Assembly (NCBI GenBank): GCA_937951635.1
Contig: CALFBO010000023.1
Location: forward strand, 1 to 39,702
Source: Candidatus Saccharimonadia bacterium
GTDB lineage: Bacteria; Patescibacteriota; Saccharimonadia; Saccharimonadales; CALFBO01
Direction of reading: 5' to 3'
DNA length: 39,702 nt
Part shown: in pieces, positions 26,797 through 34,828 of the stretch
How positions within the stretch are numbered: the first letter of the stretch is position 1
Layout: each line of letters starts with the position of its first letter
Position numbers and translations under genes: made by a program
The notes under the pieces: model-generated
Seen by the model: only the letters and a program-made list of their open reading frames with translations
Told to the model about the DNA's origin: nothing
Database searches by the model: none

Positions 26797-27216
26797 CTAT
26801 TTTTTGGCGCTAGTGGCCGTCTTGGTTTTTTTGGCAACACTCTCGACAACTTCTTCGAGTACGCTAGTGCTGCTTTTAGCAATTTTGGCTGCTTCATCGT
26901 CGTCAATCTCGCCCTCACGTAGACCGCTAATTGCTTCGCCTACTTTGTCTTTGGCTGTTTCGGCCTTGGCTATAAGTTTCTTAACTTCATCTTGGCCCTT
27001 TTTGCCTTTCGGGGAGTTTTTTAAATCGTCGAGCTTTGAACTTAGATCTGCATGTAAAGCCTTAAGCTGCTTGTCGACTTGAGCCCCAGCTTTGCTGGCT
27101 GTTTCTTTGATATCTTCTCGAGTTTCTTTACCAGATTTTGGAGCAAACAATACCCCCAATGCAGACCCAACCAATACTCCAAATACACCTGATTTCAATG
27201 ACTTAAATTTTGACAC
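26797..27216 (-). CDS. YtxH-domain general-stress-like protein
   Basis: 139 aa. The N-terminus GVFGVLVGSALGVLFAPKSGKETREDIK is the YtxH signature, and the remainder is a K/E/A-rich helix. Confidence 0.75.
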   Translation of the reverse strand: MSKFKSLKSGVFGVLVGSALGVLFAPKSGKETREDIKETASKAGAQVDKQLKALHADLSSKLDDLKNSPKGKKGQDEVKKLIAKAETAKDKVGEAISGLREGEIDDDEAAKIAKSSTSVLEEVVESVAKKTKTATSAKK

Positions 27217-27477
27217 TTACTTATTGCCCTTCTTTTTTACTTCTTTATAAAAATTAAATAGCATCTTACCAAAGCCCGCAGAACTGGCAGAGTTTTTCAT
27301 AAAATTACTAAAATCACCAATGTTGCTAGCTACATGATCCGCTTTGTTTGCCATAGATTGCACGGACTGCATTATCTTTAAGACCTTCCAAAATATAAAG
27401 GTTAGTAAAATTAACTGCAGAGACAATACAACCGACAAGATAATAATTAGAATTTCAAATGCTTCCATCGATTTCAT
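27217..27477 (-). CDS. Small N-terminally anchored protein (DUF948/YtxG-like)
   Basis: The track ORF starts at a TTG at 27492; ATG 27477 (MKSMEAFEILIIILSVVLSLQLILLTFIFW) is more plausible. Its stop abuts the YtxH start. DUF948 next to YtxH mirrors ytxG-ytxH in Bacillus. Confidence 0.5.
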   Translation of the reverse strand: MKSMEAFEILIIILSVVLSLQLILLTFIFWKVLKIMQSVQSMANKADHVASNIGDFSNFMKNSASSAGFGKMLFNFYKEVKKKGNK

Positions 27478-27621
27478 TATACACCAAGCCAAGCAGCTTT
27501 TCAGCTCTTTATAAACTTTTTTCTGTTACAAAATCACCTTAATAAAATGCATGCTAGGTGTCTGCACACTACGGCTTGCTCGAAATGACTGGAGTTAAAA
27601 AACCTGGGAACGAAGAAAGTT

Positions 27622-27658
27622 CAAGACTGTAGTCCGGCTTCGCCGGCCGGAAGTCTTG
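27622..27658 (-). terminator. GC-rich hairpin downstream of gatB (possible terminator)
   Basis: On the + strand CAAGACT...AGTCTTG encloses CCGGCTTCGCCGG, 28 nt past the gatB stop. On the minus strand it is followed by AACTTTCTT, which is a weak U-tract. Confidence 0.35.
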
Positions 27659-27685
27659 GGCTTGTTCAGGGGATTTGAAAAATGT

Positions 27686-29164
27686 TCAGGAAAGTTTACT
27701 AGTGATTATTTCCTTAACCGTTTGAGGATTAAGCTGCCCCTTTGACACCTTCATAACCTGACCAACCAAAAACCCAACAGCCTTCATCTCGCCAGCACGA
27801 ACGTCGTTTGCTGCATCTGCGTTAGCTGCGATTACTTCATCGACAATTTTTTCTATTTCAGCCACGTCAGAAGTTTGCATTAGCCCAGATTCATCGGCAA
27901 CTTTGGCGACTACCTGAGAGGCGTTACTTAGCTGTTTAGATAGCAGCTCTATGGCGCCATTAGAGCTAATTTTTTTGTCACGGTACAAATTGCTAGTCCC
28001 TGCAAACTGTTTTGCAGTAGGCAAGTAAGCCGACTCTACCCCGTTGTCTACTCTACCGTCTTGCAAACTAAAGAAGTCGTTAACAATGTAGCTTGCTGCA
28101 AATTTAAAGACCTCTGGTGATTCTTGTTCTAAACAATCAATCAAGCACGCAATATAGTCATGTCCGTTTTCGCCATTGCGTTGCAAAAGAGACTCGATTT
28201 GGGCAGGCTGCAAACCGCTGCTTTGCATCTTTTCTCTTAGCTGGCTAGGCAGTGTGGGTAGAAGCTCGGATTGTTGCTCGACAAATTCGTTGGTTAAAAC
28301 AATTGGAGGCAAGTCTGGGTCGGGAAAATATCGATAATCGTGCGAATCTTCTTTGCTACGCTGTGAAAACGTACGCATTTTTGCATCGTCCCAGCCGCGG
28401 GTTTCTTGTACTACACTCTCGCCCTTCTCGAGTCTCTCTACTTGACGCTTAAATTCATAGGCAGCAGCCTTTTCTACACTCCTAAACGAGTTAAGGTTCT
28501 TGATTTCGGCGCGCACGCCTAACGTTTTGCTGCCCTTCTTGGCCACGGACACATTTACATCAAAACGCATGTTGCCCATGTACAAGTCTGCATTCGAAAC
28601 TTTTGAATACTTCATTAGCAAATAAAGTTCCTGAGCGAATGCTCGGGCCTGGGCGGGCGACTTAATGTCTGGATCGGACACAACCTCCAGAAGCGGTGTC
28701 CCTGCCCTATTTAGATCTACTAAAGACGAATCCGAGCCTGGCAGGTGACTAAGTTTACCGGCGTCTTCTTCTAGATGCGCTCGTGTTATACCGACTTTAA
28801 ACTCCCCGCCATCGAAAGGTACGAGTATTACGCCCTTGCCGACAATTGGGCTTGCCAACTGAGTAATCTGGTAGCCCTTGGGTAAGTCAGGATAGAAGTA
28901 ATGCTTGCGATCAAAACTAGATGTCAGTGCAACCTCGGCATTTAGGGCGTGGCCAGCCCTAACCGCCAAAGTAACTGCCTCTTTATTCAAAATTGGCAAA
29001 ACTCCAGGCAGGCCATAGGTGATCGGAGAAATGAGGCTGTTGGGCTTGGCGTCTTTTGCTTCGTTGTCGTCCGACGCAAACAGCTTACTTGCAGTTGCTA
29101 GCTGTACGTGACACTCAATGCCAATAGTAGTCTCGTAGGCATCCATAATCTCTTTACTAATCAT
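27686..29164 (-). CDS. gatB: Asp/Glu-tRNA amidotransferase subunit B
   Basis: 492 aa with IGIECHVQLAT at the N-terminus and a GatB/YqeY C-terminal domain (VGFLVGQVMKVSKGQLNP). Confidence 0.95.
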   Translation of the reverse strand: MISKEIMDAYETTIGIECHVQLATASKLFASDDNEAKDAKPNSLISPITYGLPGVLPILNKEAVTLAVRAGHALNAEVALTSSFDRKHYFYPDLPKGYQITQLASPIVGKGVILVPFDGGEFKVGITRAHLEEDAGKLSHLPGSDSSLVDLNRAGTPLLEVVSDPDIKSPAQARAFAQELYLLMKYSKVSNADLYMGNMRFDVNVSVAKKGSKTLGVRAEIKNLNSFRSVEKAAAYEFKRQVERLEKGESVVQETRGWDDAKMRTFSQRSKEDSHDYRYFPDPDLPPIVLTNEFVEQQSELLPTLPSQLREKMQSSGLQPAQIESLLQRNGENGHDYIACLIDCLEQESPEVFKFAASYIVNDFFSLQDGRVDNGVESAYLPTAKQFAGTSNLYRDKKISSNGAIELLSKQLSNASQVVAKVADESGLMQTSDVAEIEKIVDEVIAANADAANDVRAGEMKAVGFLVGQVMKVSKGQLNPQTVKEIITSKLS

Positions 29165-29562
29165 AGAGCCCCCAAATCCTTAAGGGCTTGCTTATAGCCC
29201 TTCATGGAACCTGTTACGTGGCGCTTGGTTAGTTTAAATTTTGATTCATGTACTACCTTATTGCGAATCTTATGGGCAGTCCATACGTTGTTCGAATTGG
29301 AAAATGCCCTTCCTGCGCTCACCATTCTGTCGGCGAGAGTATTGCCGACATACTTTTGACCCTTCAGCGCTTCGTCGAGCAACTTATCGGCGTCGACAAT
29401 TGCCTGCACCCATGTGTCTTTGTTGCCGGAAAGTCGTTCAATGTTCTGCCAGCTGGTTTTAAAGAATTCTAGATCTAAACCCGAAGTATGCTTATGAAGA
29501 ATAGTTATGCCAATTAACACACCTATGGCCAAAACTGCCACCAATACAATAGCCGGCATCAT
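29161..29562 (-). CDS. Hypothetical single-pass membrane protein embedded between gatA and gatB
   Basis: 133 aa with one TM (MMPAIVLVAVLAIGVLIGITIL) followed by a soluble helical domain. It has ATGA overlaps at both ends (29559-29562 with gatA, 29161-29164 with gatB). Confidence 0.6.
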   Translation of the reverse strand: MMPAIVLVAVLAIGVLIGITILHKHTSGLDLEFFKTSWQNIERLSGNKDTWVQAIVDADKLLDEALKGQKYVGNTLADRMVSAGRAFSNSNNVWTAHKIRNKVVHESKFKLTKRHVTGSMKGYKQALKDLGAL

Positions 29563-30983
29563 TTGTTCTTCTCCAATACAACCTCTATAGTGTTAGCAAA
29601 GTTCAGAAGCTGGGAGTCTTGTCTGCGCCCTGCGAGCAACTGCATGCCCACTGGCAGCTTCTGATCACTGCCCGCAATGGGCAGGCAAATTGTCGGCAAC
29701 CCACAAAGGCTACTAGGTGCGGTCATAATATCGCTTAAGTACATTTGCATGGGGTCGGCGGTTTTTTCACCAATTTTGAACGGTAACGTAGGAGTGGTTG
29801 GACCCAAAAGAAAATCAACATCCGACAGAGCCTTGTCCATTGCGTTTATAAGCAAAGTACGAACTTGCTGTGCCTTTTTATAGTAAGCATCGTAATAGCC
29901 ACTACTTAAAACGTGTGTTCCCAATATAATTCTACGCTTGGCTTCCTCGTTAAAACCTTCTGTTCGTGACTTTAAATATAAACTGTCTAGATCAGAGCTA
30001 GATTGCGCGGTGTGCCGATACCGAACTCCGTCGTAACGACTAAGGTTCGAGCTAACTTCGGCAGGCATGATTATGTAATAAACTGACAGCGCGTATTTGA
30101 GCTCGGGCACAGATACCTCAACGATTTCCACCCCTTGACTCTTTAAAGCTTCAACTGCAGACTCGACCGTTTCAACAATAGCAGGGTCCACACCTTCAGT
30201 GAGCCAATCTGTTATTACGCCAACCTTGGCGGTGCTAAGATCTGCCCCTTTAAGGCTAGTTAGCTCTTCGTTCAAGTCTATGGTTGTACTGTCGTTGACA
30301 TCCTTGCCCGCCATAATATCCATAACCAATGCGGCGTCGGCTGTTGACCTGGCAATTACACCTACGGTGTCTGTAGATGAGGCCATGGAAGTCATTCCGT
30401 AACGAGACACTAAGCCATAAGTAGGTTTGTAGCCTACAGTACCTGTAAAGGCTGCGGGTTGCCTTATAGATCCGGCTGTATCGGTGCCGATGGCAAAGGT
30501 CGTCATATCCAAAGCGACTGCTGCAGCGGATCCGCCCGATGACCCCCCAGGAACCAAACTGGGGTCTATTGGGTTTTTGGTGGGCCCAAAGTCACTGTTT
30601 TCGGTAGATGAACCAAAACCAAAGCTATCCATGTTGGATTTAGCAACCAAAATTGCACCCTCGTCAAGCAATCGCTGTACGGCCGTAGCAGTGTATGGCG
30701 ATACAAAACCACGCAACATATTACTTCCAGATGTCATCTCGTCACCAGTCGTCAGCAGGTTATCTTTAACTATGAACGGAACTCCCTCGAGCCGTCTTGT
30801 TGTTTTAGGGGCAGATCGCGAAGAGTCCGAGAGTCTTGCTTCTTCTAGTGCCTGGGGCCGCGTCGAAATTATGGCATTATAATCAGATTTTGCTTCGATG
30901 ACTTCAAAACACTGCTCAACAAGTTCATGCGATGTAACTTCACCCGATTTGAGGGCTGCTATCTGTTGCAATAGAGGACCCAT
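29559..30983 (-). CDS. gatA: Asp/Glu-tRNA amidotransferase subunit A
   Basis: 474 aa with the amidase signature GGSSGGSAAAVA and the GTDTAGSIRQPA motif. Confidence 0.95.
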   Translation of the reverse strand: MGPLLQQIAALKSGEVTSHELVEQCFEVIEAKSDYNAIISTRPQALEEARLSDSSRSAPKTTRRLEGVPFIVKDNLLTTGDEMTSGSNMLRGFVSPYTATAVQRLLDEGAILVAKSNMDSFGFGSSTENSDFGPTKNPIDPSLVPGGSSGGSAAAVALDMTTFAIGTDTAGSIRQPAAFTGTVGYKPTYGLVSRYGMTSMASSTDTVGVIARSTADAALVMDIMAGKDVNDSTTIDLNEELTSLKGADLSTAKVGVITDWLTEGVDPAIVETVESAVEALKSQGVEIVEVSVPELKYALSVYYIIMPAEVSSNLSRYDGVRYRHTAQSSSDLDSLYLKSRTEGFNEEAKRRIILGTHVLSSGYYDAYYKKAQQVRTLLINAMDKALSDVDFLLGPTTPTLPFKIGEKTADPMQMYLSDIMTAPSSLCGLPTICLPIAGSDQKLPVGMQLLAGRRQDSQLLNFANTIEVVLEKNK

Positions 30984-31279
30984 TACTGATCGAGCACCCT
31001 TGGAACTTGCAAATATCCAGCTTTTGATTTTGGAGCCAACTTAACCAACTCCTCGGGCTCTACAGCCGAAGGTTGAGGCAAGTCGGGTCTGTGCACGTTT
31101 GTAAGACCCGTTACTTGACTTGTTGGGTTTACGCCCTCGGTATTCACAGCGTCGAGGTCTTTAAAATGCTGCAGCATAGAATCAATCTCTGCCTGAAATT
31201 TCACAACTTCGTCATTAGATAATTCCAACTTGGCTAGAGCGGCCAATTTCTTGACCTCTTCTTTAGTTATTTTTGTCAT
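30983..31279 (-). CDS. gatC: Asp/Glu-tRNA amidotransferase subunit C
   Basis: 98 aa (MTKITKEEVKKLAALAKLELSNDEV...). It has a TAATG 1-nt overlap with gatA. Confidence 0.9.
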   Translation of the reverse strand: MTKITKEEVKKLAALAKLELSNDEVVKFQAEIDSMLQHFKDLDAVNTEGVNPTSQVTGLTNVHRPDLPQPSAVEPEELVKLAPKSKAGYLQVPRVLDQ

Positions 31280-31291
31280 AAATTATTTTTG

Positions 31292-31297
31292 ATTATA
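31292..31297 (-). promoter_or_regulatory. Candidate -10 box (TATAAT) for gatC
   Basis: TATAAT on the minus strand lies 12 nt (CAAAAATAATTT) upstream of ATG 31279. There is no Shine-Dalgarno and no clear -35. Confidence 0.4.
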
Positions 31298-31311
31298 CAC
31301 AATCCAGGCTG

Positions 31312-31401
31312 GCCTGTCTGCAACATTTCCAGATTCTGGAGCAGCAAATGAGGCTTGAACTTCGTTTTTCTGGTTGCAATGATGCAGCCAGAAAGACAGG
31401 C
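31312..31401. other. ~90-nt stacked-helix element in the gatC/uvrB divergent gap
   Basis: An 11-bp hairpin pairs TTCTGGTTGCA (31368-31378) with TGCAGCCAGAA (31383-31393) across an ATGA loop. It is flanked directly by AGACAGGC (31394-31401), which pairs with GCCTGTCT (31312-31319). There is no trailing U-tract on either strand. Confidence 0.35.
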
Positions 31402-31563
31402 TCAAGGACAGCTGTTACTTTGGGAGCGCTGGCCGAGGTTGAGATGACCCTATCGTACAAAATACAAGATGTTTTTTATCGGCATTGCTGTCGCATTTAA
31501 GTATCGCTACAGTCAAAGTATTTGGCCAGAAAGCAACAAATTCCTATATACTTAATACTTGCA

Positions 31564-33525
31564 ATGGCCAAATTTAAATTAAACACCAACTACAAACCCG
31601 CCGGCGACCAACCGACAGCCATTAAAGCTCTAAATAAAGGACTTAACGATGGACTCAACGAACAGACTCTGTTGGGAGTAACCGGTTCGGGCAAAACTTT
31701 TACCATGGCCAACCTCATTCAACAACAACAAAGACCAACTTTAATAATGTCCCATAACAAAACACTGGCTGCTCAGCTGTATGCCGAATTCAATAAGTTC
31801 TTTCCAAACAACGCAGTTCACTATTTCGTAAGTTACTTCGACTACTACCAACCCGAAGCATATGTTGCCAGAAGTGACACCTACATAGAAAAAGATTCAA
31901 AAATTAACGAAGAAATAGATCGGTTCAGGCATGCAGCAACCAAATCACTACTAACTCGCAAGGACGTAATAATTGTGGCTTCTGTGAGCTGTATATACGG
32001 CATTGGCTCGGTAGCCAGCTATCAAAGCATGTCGGTCACTGTAACCAAGGGCGAAATGCGCAAGCGCGACAAGCTTATTCGCCACTTAACCGACATGCAA
32101 TATTCTCGTAATGACTTTGATTTTGACCGTGGGACTTTCCGTGTACGTGGAGATGTACTTGACGTATACCCGGCTGGCGACGAAAATGCCTATCGCATAG
32201 AATTCTTTGGCGAAGAGATTGAGCGCATAACGTCAATAAACTCTCTAACTGGCGAAGTGCTGGGCGACCTAAACGAGCTCGCAATATACCCTAGCTCTCA
32301 CTATGTTACGCCTCAAGAAAAGTTGAAGATAGCAATCCAAAAAATTCAAGAAGAATTGGGTGATCGTCTTGAATATCTCAAGAAGCACAACATGCTACTA
32401 GAGGCACAACGGCTAGGCCAAAGAACTAAATTCGACCTAGAGATGCTTGAAGAAACTGGTTTTGTAAAAGGCATCGAAAACTATTCGCGGTACCTAACCG
32501 ACCGAGAGGCCGGCGAGCAGCCGGCTACACTCATGGACTACTTCCCCGATGATTATCTAATGTTCATCGATGAATCCCACATGACCATCCCCCAAATTGG
32601 CGGCATGTATAAAGGCGACCGGGCTCGCAAAGAAGTCTTGGTTGAGCACGGCTTTCGCCTACCAAGCGCCCTAGACAACCGACCGCTCACCTTCAACGAG
32701 TTTGAAAAACACGTCAACCAAGTGGTTTATGTTTCTGCGACACCTGGTAAGTACGAATTAGAACGCAGCCCCGAACCTGTGCAGCAGGTGATTCGCCCCA
32801 CAGGATTGCTCGACCCACCCATCGAAGTTCGACCGACTAATAAGCAGATAGACAATTTGCTTGAAGAAATCAAATCCACCATAGCCAAGTCGCAGCGGGC
32901 GCTAATTACTACCCTTACTAAAAGAATGTCTGAAGACCTTACTGAATATCTGGAAGAGCTGGGCATAAAAGTAACTTATCTTCATTCCGATGTCGACACA
33001 ATGGAGAGGACAGACATCTTAAGGGATCTACGCCTCGGGGTGTACGACGTCGTTGTGGGAATCAACCTTCTACGCGAAGGCCTAGACTTGCCAGAAGTGA
33101 GCCTAGTTGCAATATTGGACGCCGACAAAGAAGGTTTTTTAAGGTCTGAACAAGCATTAATTCAAACCGTAGGTCGAGCTGCTCGCCATGTCGAAGGACG
33201 GGTAATCATGTACGCCGACAAAATTACCGGCTCTATGAAACGCACTATCGACGAAACAAACCGCAGGCGCAAGCTCCAAGATAAATACAATAAACAACAC
33301 GGCATTACACCAACCGGAGTGGATAAGGCAGTAGAAGACCGCTTATCTAAAGAAGAAGTCGAACAGCAAGACAAACTAGAACTGAATAAAATCCCCAAAG
33401 AAGACCTCAAGCACGTGCTAATAGACCTTAACGAACAAATGAATAAAGCTTCCAAAGAGCTCCGCTTTGAGGAGGCCGCCGAAATACGCGACACCATCCA
33501 AAAAGTAAAAGCCAAAATGGGCTAA
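31564..33525 (+). CDS. uvrB: Excinuclease ABC subunit B
   Basis: The track start is a TTG at 31522; ATG 31564 ([20 protein letters not shown]) matches the UvrB N-terminus. It has Walker A ([10 protein letters not shown]), IDESHMT and a C-terminal UVR motif ([11 protein letters not shown]). Confidence 0.95.
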   Translation: MAKFKLNTNYKPAGDQPTAIKALNKGLNDGLNEQTLLGVTGSGKTFTMANLIQQQQRPTLIMSHNKTLAAQLYAEFNKFFPNNAVHYFVSYFDYYQPEAYVARSDTYIEKDSKINEEIDRFRHAATKSLLTRKDVIIVASVSCIYGIGSVASYQSMSVTVTKGEMRKRDKLIRHLTDMQYSRNDFDFDRGTFRVRGDVLDVYPAGDENAYRIEFFGEEIERITSINSLTGEVLGDLNELAIYPSSHYVTPQEKLKIAIQKIQEELGDRLEYLKKHNMLLEAQRLGQRTKFDLEMLEETGFVKGIENYSRYLTDREAGEQPATLMDYFPDDYLMFIDESHMTIPQIGGMYKGDRARKEVLVEHGFRLPSALDNRPLTFNEFEKHVNQVVYVSATPGKYELERSPEPVQQVIRPTGLLDPPIEVRPTNKQIDNLLEEIKSTIAKSQRALITTLTKRMSEDLTEYLEELGIKVTYLHSDVDTMERTDILRDLRLGVYDVVVGINLLREGLDLPEVSLVAILDADKEGFLRSEQALIQTVGRAARHVEGRVIMYADKITGSMKRTIDETNRRRKLQDKYNKQHGITPTGVDKAVEDRLSKEEVEQQDKLELNKIPKEDLKHVLIDLNEQMNKASKELRFEEAAEIRDTIQKVKAKMG

Positions 33526-33585
33526 ACTAAAGCCTAGACCATTCTCTAGTCTAGACTTAATCATTAACTACAAAAATTGAAGGTC

Positions 33586-33630
33586 GGAGCGCAAGTTCTA
33601 CAGTGGGTGTAGATACTGATCTTGCGCTCC
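33586..33630 (+). terminator. Probable uvrB terminator: 10-bp perfect GC-rich stem with an inner hairpin, followed by TTT
   Basis: GGAGCGCAAG (33586-33595) pairs with CTTGCGCTCC (33621-33630). An inner stem pairs TCTAC with GTAGA. The hairpin is followed by TTTAGT and lies 60 nt after the uvrB stop. Confidence 0.5.
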
Positions 33631-33875
33631 TTTAGTGCTCGCCCGAACACTATTTGCTAATCTCGAGTCGAGGAGCAGGAATATGCTACATCGAGATCCC
33701 ACTAAGCTCTGTAAGATAGGTGGAGCACAGGCCCACGTGTAGGGCGTGGCGTGCCTGCGCTCCGTAGTTGCACACACATGACTGAAGATTTAACTCCAGT
33801 TGCTTAAAACGTCCAGACGAATTAACCTCCAGACAATCCTACATTAAGCTCTTACTTGGCCAAGCTTGTTGGCCA

Positions 33876-33925
33876 TGGTGTCCGTGCGAGGATTCGAACC
33901 TCGAAGCTACTATAAACTACATAGC
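33876..33925 (-). pseudogene. Orphan tRNA 3' half: canonical T arm + acceptor 3' strand + CCA, with no matching 5' half
   Basis: The minus strand reads GCTATGTAGTTTATAGT-AGCTT-CGAGG-TTCGAAT-CCTCG-CACGGAC-A-CCA. The T loop TTCGAAT with a 5-bp stem is textbook. The required 5' acceptor strand GTCCGTG (CACGGAC on the + strand) is absent from the next 300 nt, and no D arm can be folded. Confidence 0.45.
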
Positions 33926-34163
33926 AACCGGCCTCAGAACAATCTGCTCTGGTCTTGTCAAAAACATTATCTAACTCTCGGTCAACTCAGACAATGCACC
34001 TGACATCACGGCGTCTTAGAGTGCTCGGATATATGCGATACTCTAACACCAATAACACTAGCAGATGTAATTTATAAATTCAATATTCAGACCTCGCACA
34101 TAGTCATTCCAAAATGAGCTATACATTTTTATCGGCTTATTCGTCAATCAAAATTCAGCGATT

Positions 34164-34826
34164 TTAACTTGCCGACGTTGCAGAATGATCATAAACCTCG
34201 CAAGAATCAACACCGCCAGCGCAAGCTACGCAAGGCTGATCAACACTGTAAATATCTATAATGTCTTTGTAGCGCTCATCCAAAAGACTGGTTAATTTCT
34301 TGACCAAACTATCAGGGTTGGTGTCAAAAACTACGTCGGCGTCGTCTTTTATGCCTGCTGCTTTTAAAATATCTTTGATTTCGGTGCTTATCCCCCCTGC
34401 ACCCTGCAAAAATCCAATAGGCTTATTCATCTCCATGGCGATTGTAAATTCATGCAAAGTACCTAGCCTGCCACCGACACTAACTACGGCATCGGACGAC
34501 GCTATCAGCAAGGTGTCCCTGCCCACATAGTGAAGCCCCGTGTACAAAATAGTGTCATAGCAGCCAGTTGGCAGGCGATACTTCTTTACGTGACCAAGCT
34601 TGGTTGCTGCTGGCGAAAAACCCACCGATACTCCGCCCGCAACCTTAGCGCCTGCTGCTGCATAATTTGGCAAGCCAACAGTCGCCCCAGTTAAAAGCAT
34701 GTGTCCCTGCTCAGCAATAGCCCTGCCGGCTCCCACCGCTAGACTGCGCCCTTCCTTGACGCTCTTGCCATGAGCGGCGCCGGAGACACAGAGTTGGTAG
34801 CGGGTTATCGGCTTAGCATTAGCCAT
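34164..34826 (-). CDS. LOG/SLOG-superfamily Rossmann protein (TIGR00725-like)
   Basis: 220 aa. LLTGATVGLPNYAAAGA and VSVGGRLGTLHEFTIA correspond to the LOG-family GGGxGxM and PGGxGTxxE motifs. It has a Cys-rich C-terminal tail (DQPCVACAGGVDSCEV). Confidence 0.6.
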   Translation of the reverse strand: MANAKPITRYQLCVSGAAHGKSVKEGRSLAVGAGRAIAEQGHMLLTGATVGLPNYAAAGAKVAGGVSVGFSPAATKLGHVKKYRLPTGCYDTILYTGLHYVGRDTLLIASSDAVVSVGGRLGTLHEFTIAMEMNKPIGFLQGAGGISTEIKDILKAAGIKDDADVVFDTNPDSLVKKLTSLLDERYKDIIDIYSVDQPCVACAGGVDSCEVYDHSATSAS

Positions 34827-34828
34827 GA

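Noticed and set aside
31350-31370. LexA/Cheo-type SOS box upstream of uvrB (GAACTTCGTTT)
   Set aside because: The spacing is GAAC-N3-GTTT, not the GAAC-N4-GTTC of the Gram-positive consensus, and the half-sites are imperfect.
33640-33730. SRP RNA or RNase P RNA in the GC-rich block (GAGGAGCAGGAA, GAAGGTCGGAGC)
   Set aside because: The resemblances are limited to 6-8 nt. The diagnostic GAGGAAAGUCC/ACAGAAnCCGGCUUA (RNase P) and GGUCC-GGAA-GGAAGCAGCC (SRP) strings are absent on both strands. It is kept only as an unassigned structured-RNA candidate.
33876-34160. tmRNA (standard or two-piece) or a complete tRNA ending at the CCA at 33876
   Set aside because: The acceptor 3' strand CACGGAC cannot give the G1-G2-G3:U70 alanine identity stem. 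There is no GGGG 5' end, no tag-like ORF ending in AA-stop and no pseudoknot series. A standard-length tmRNA would run into the CDS at 34164. For a tRNA, no D arm and no 5' acceptor strand can be found within 300 nt.
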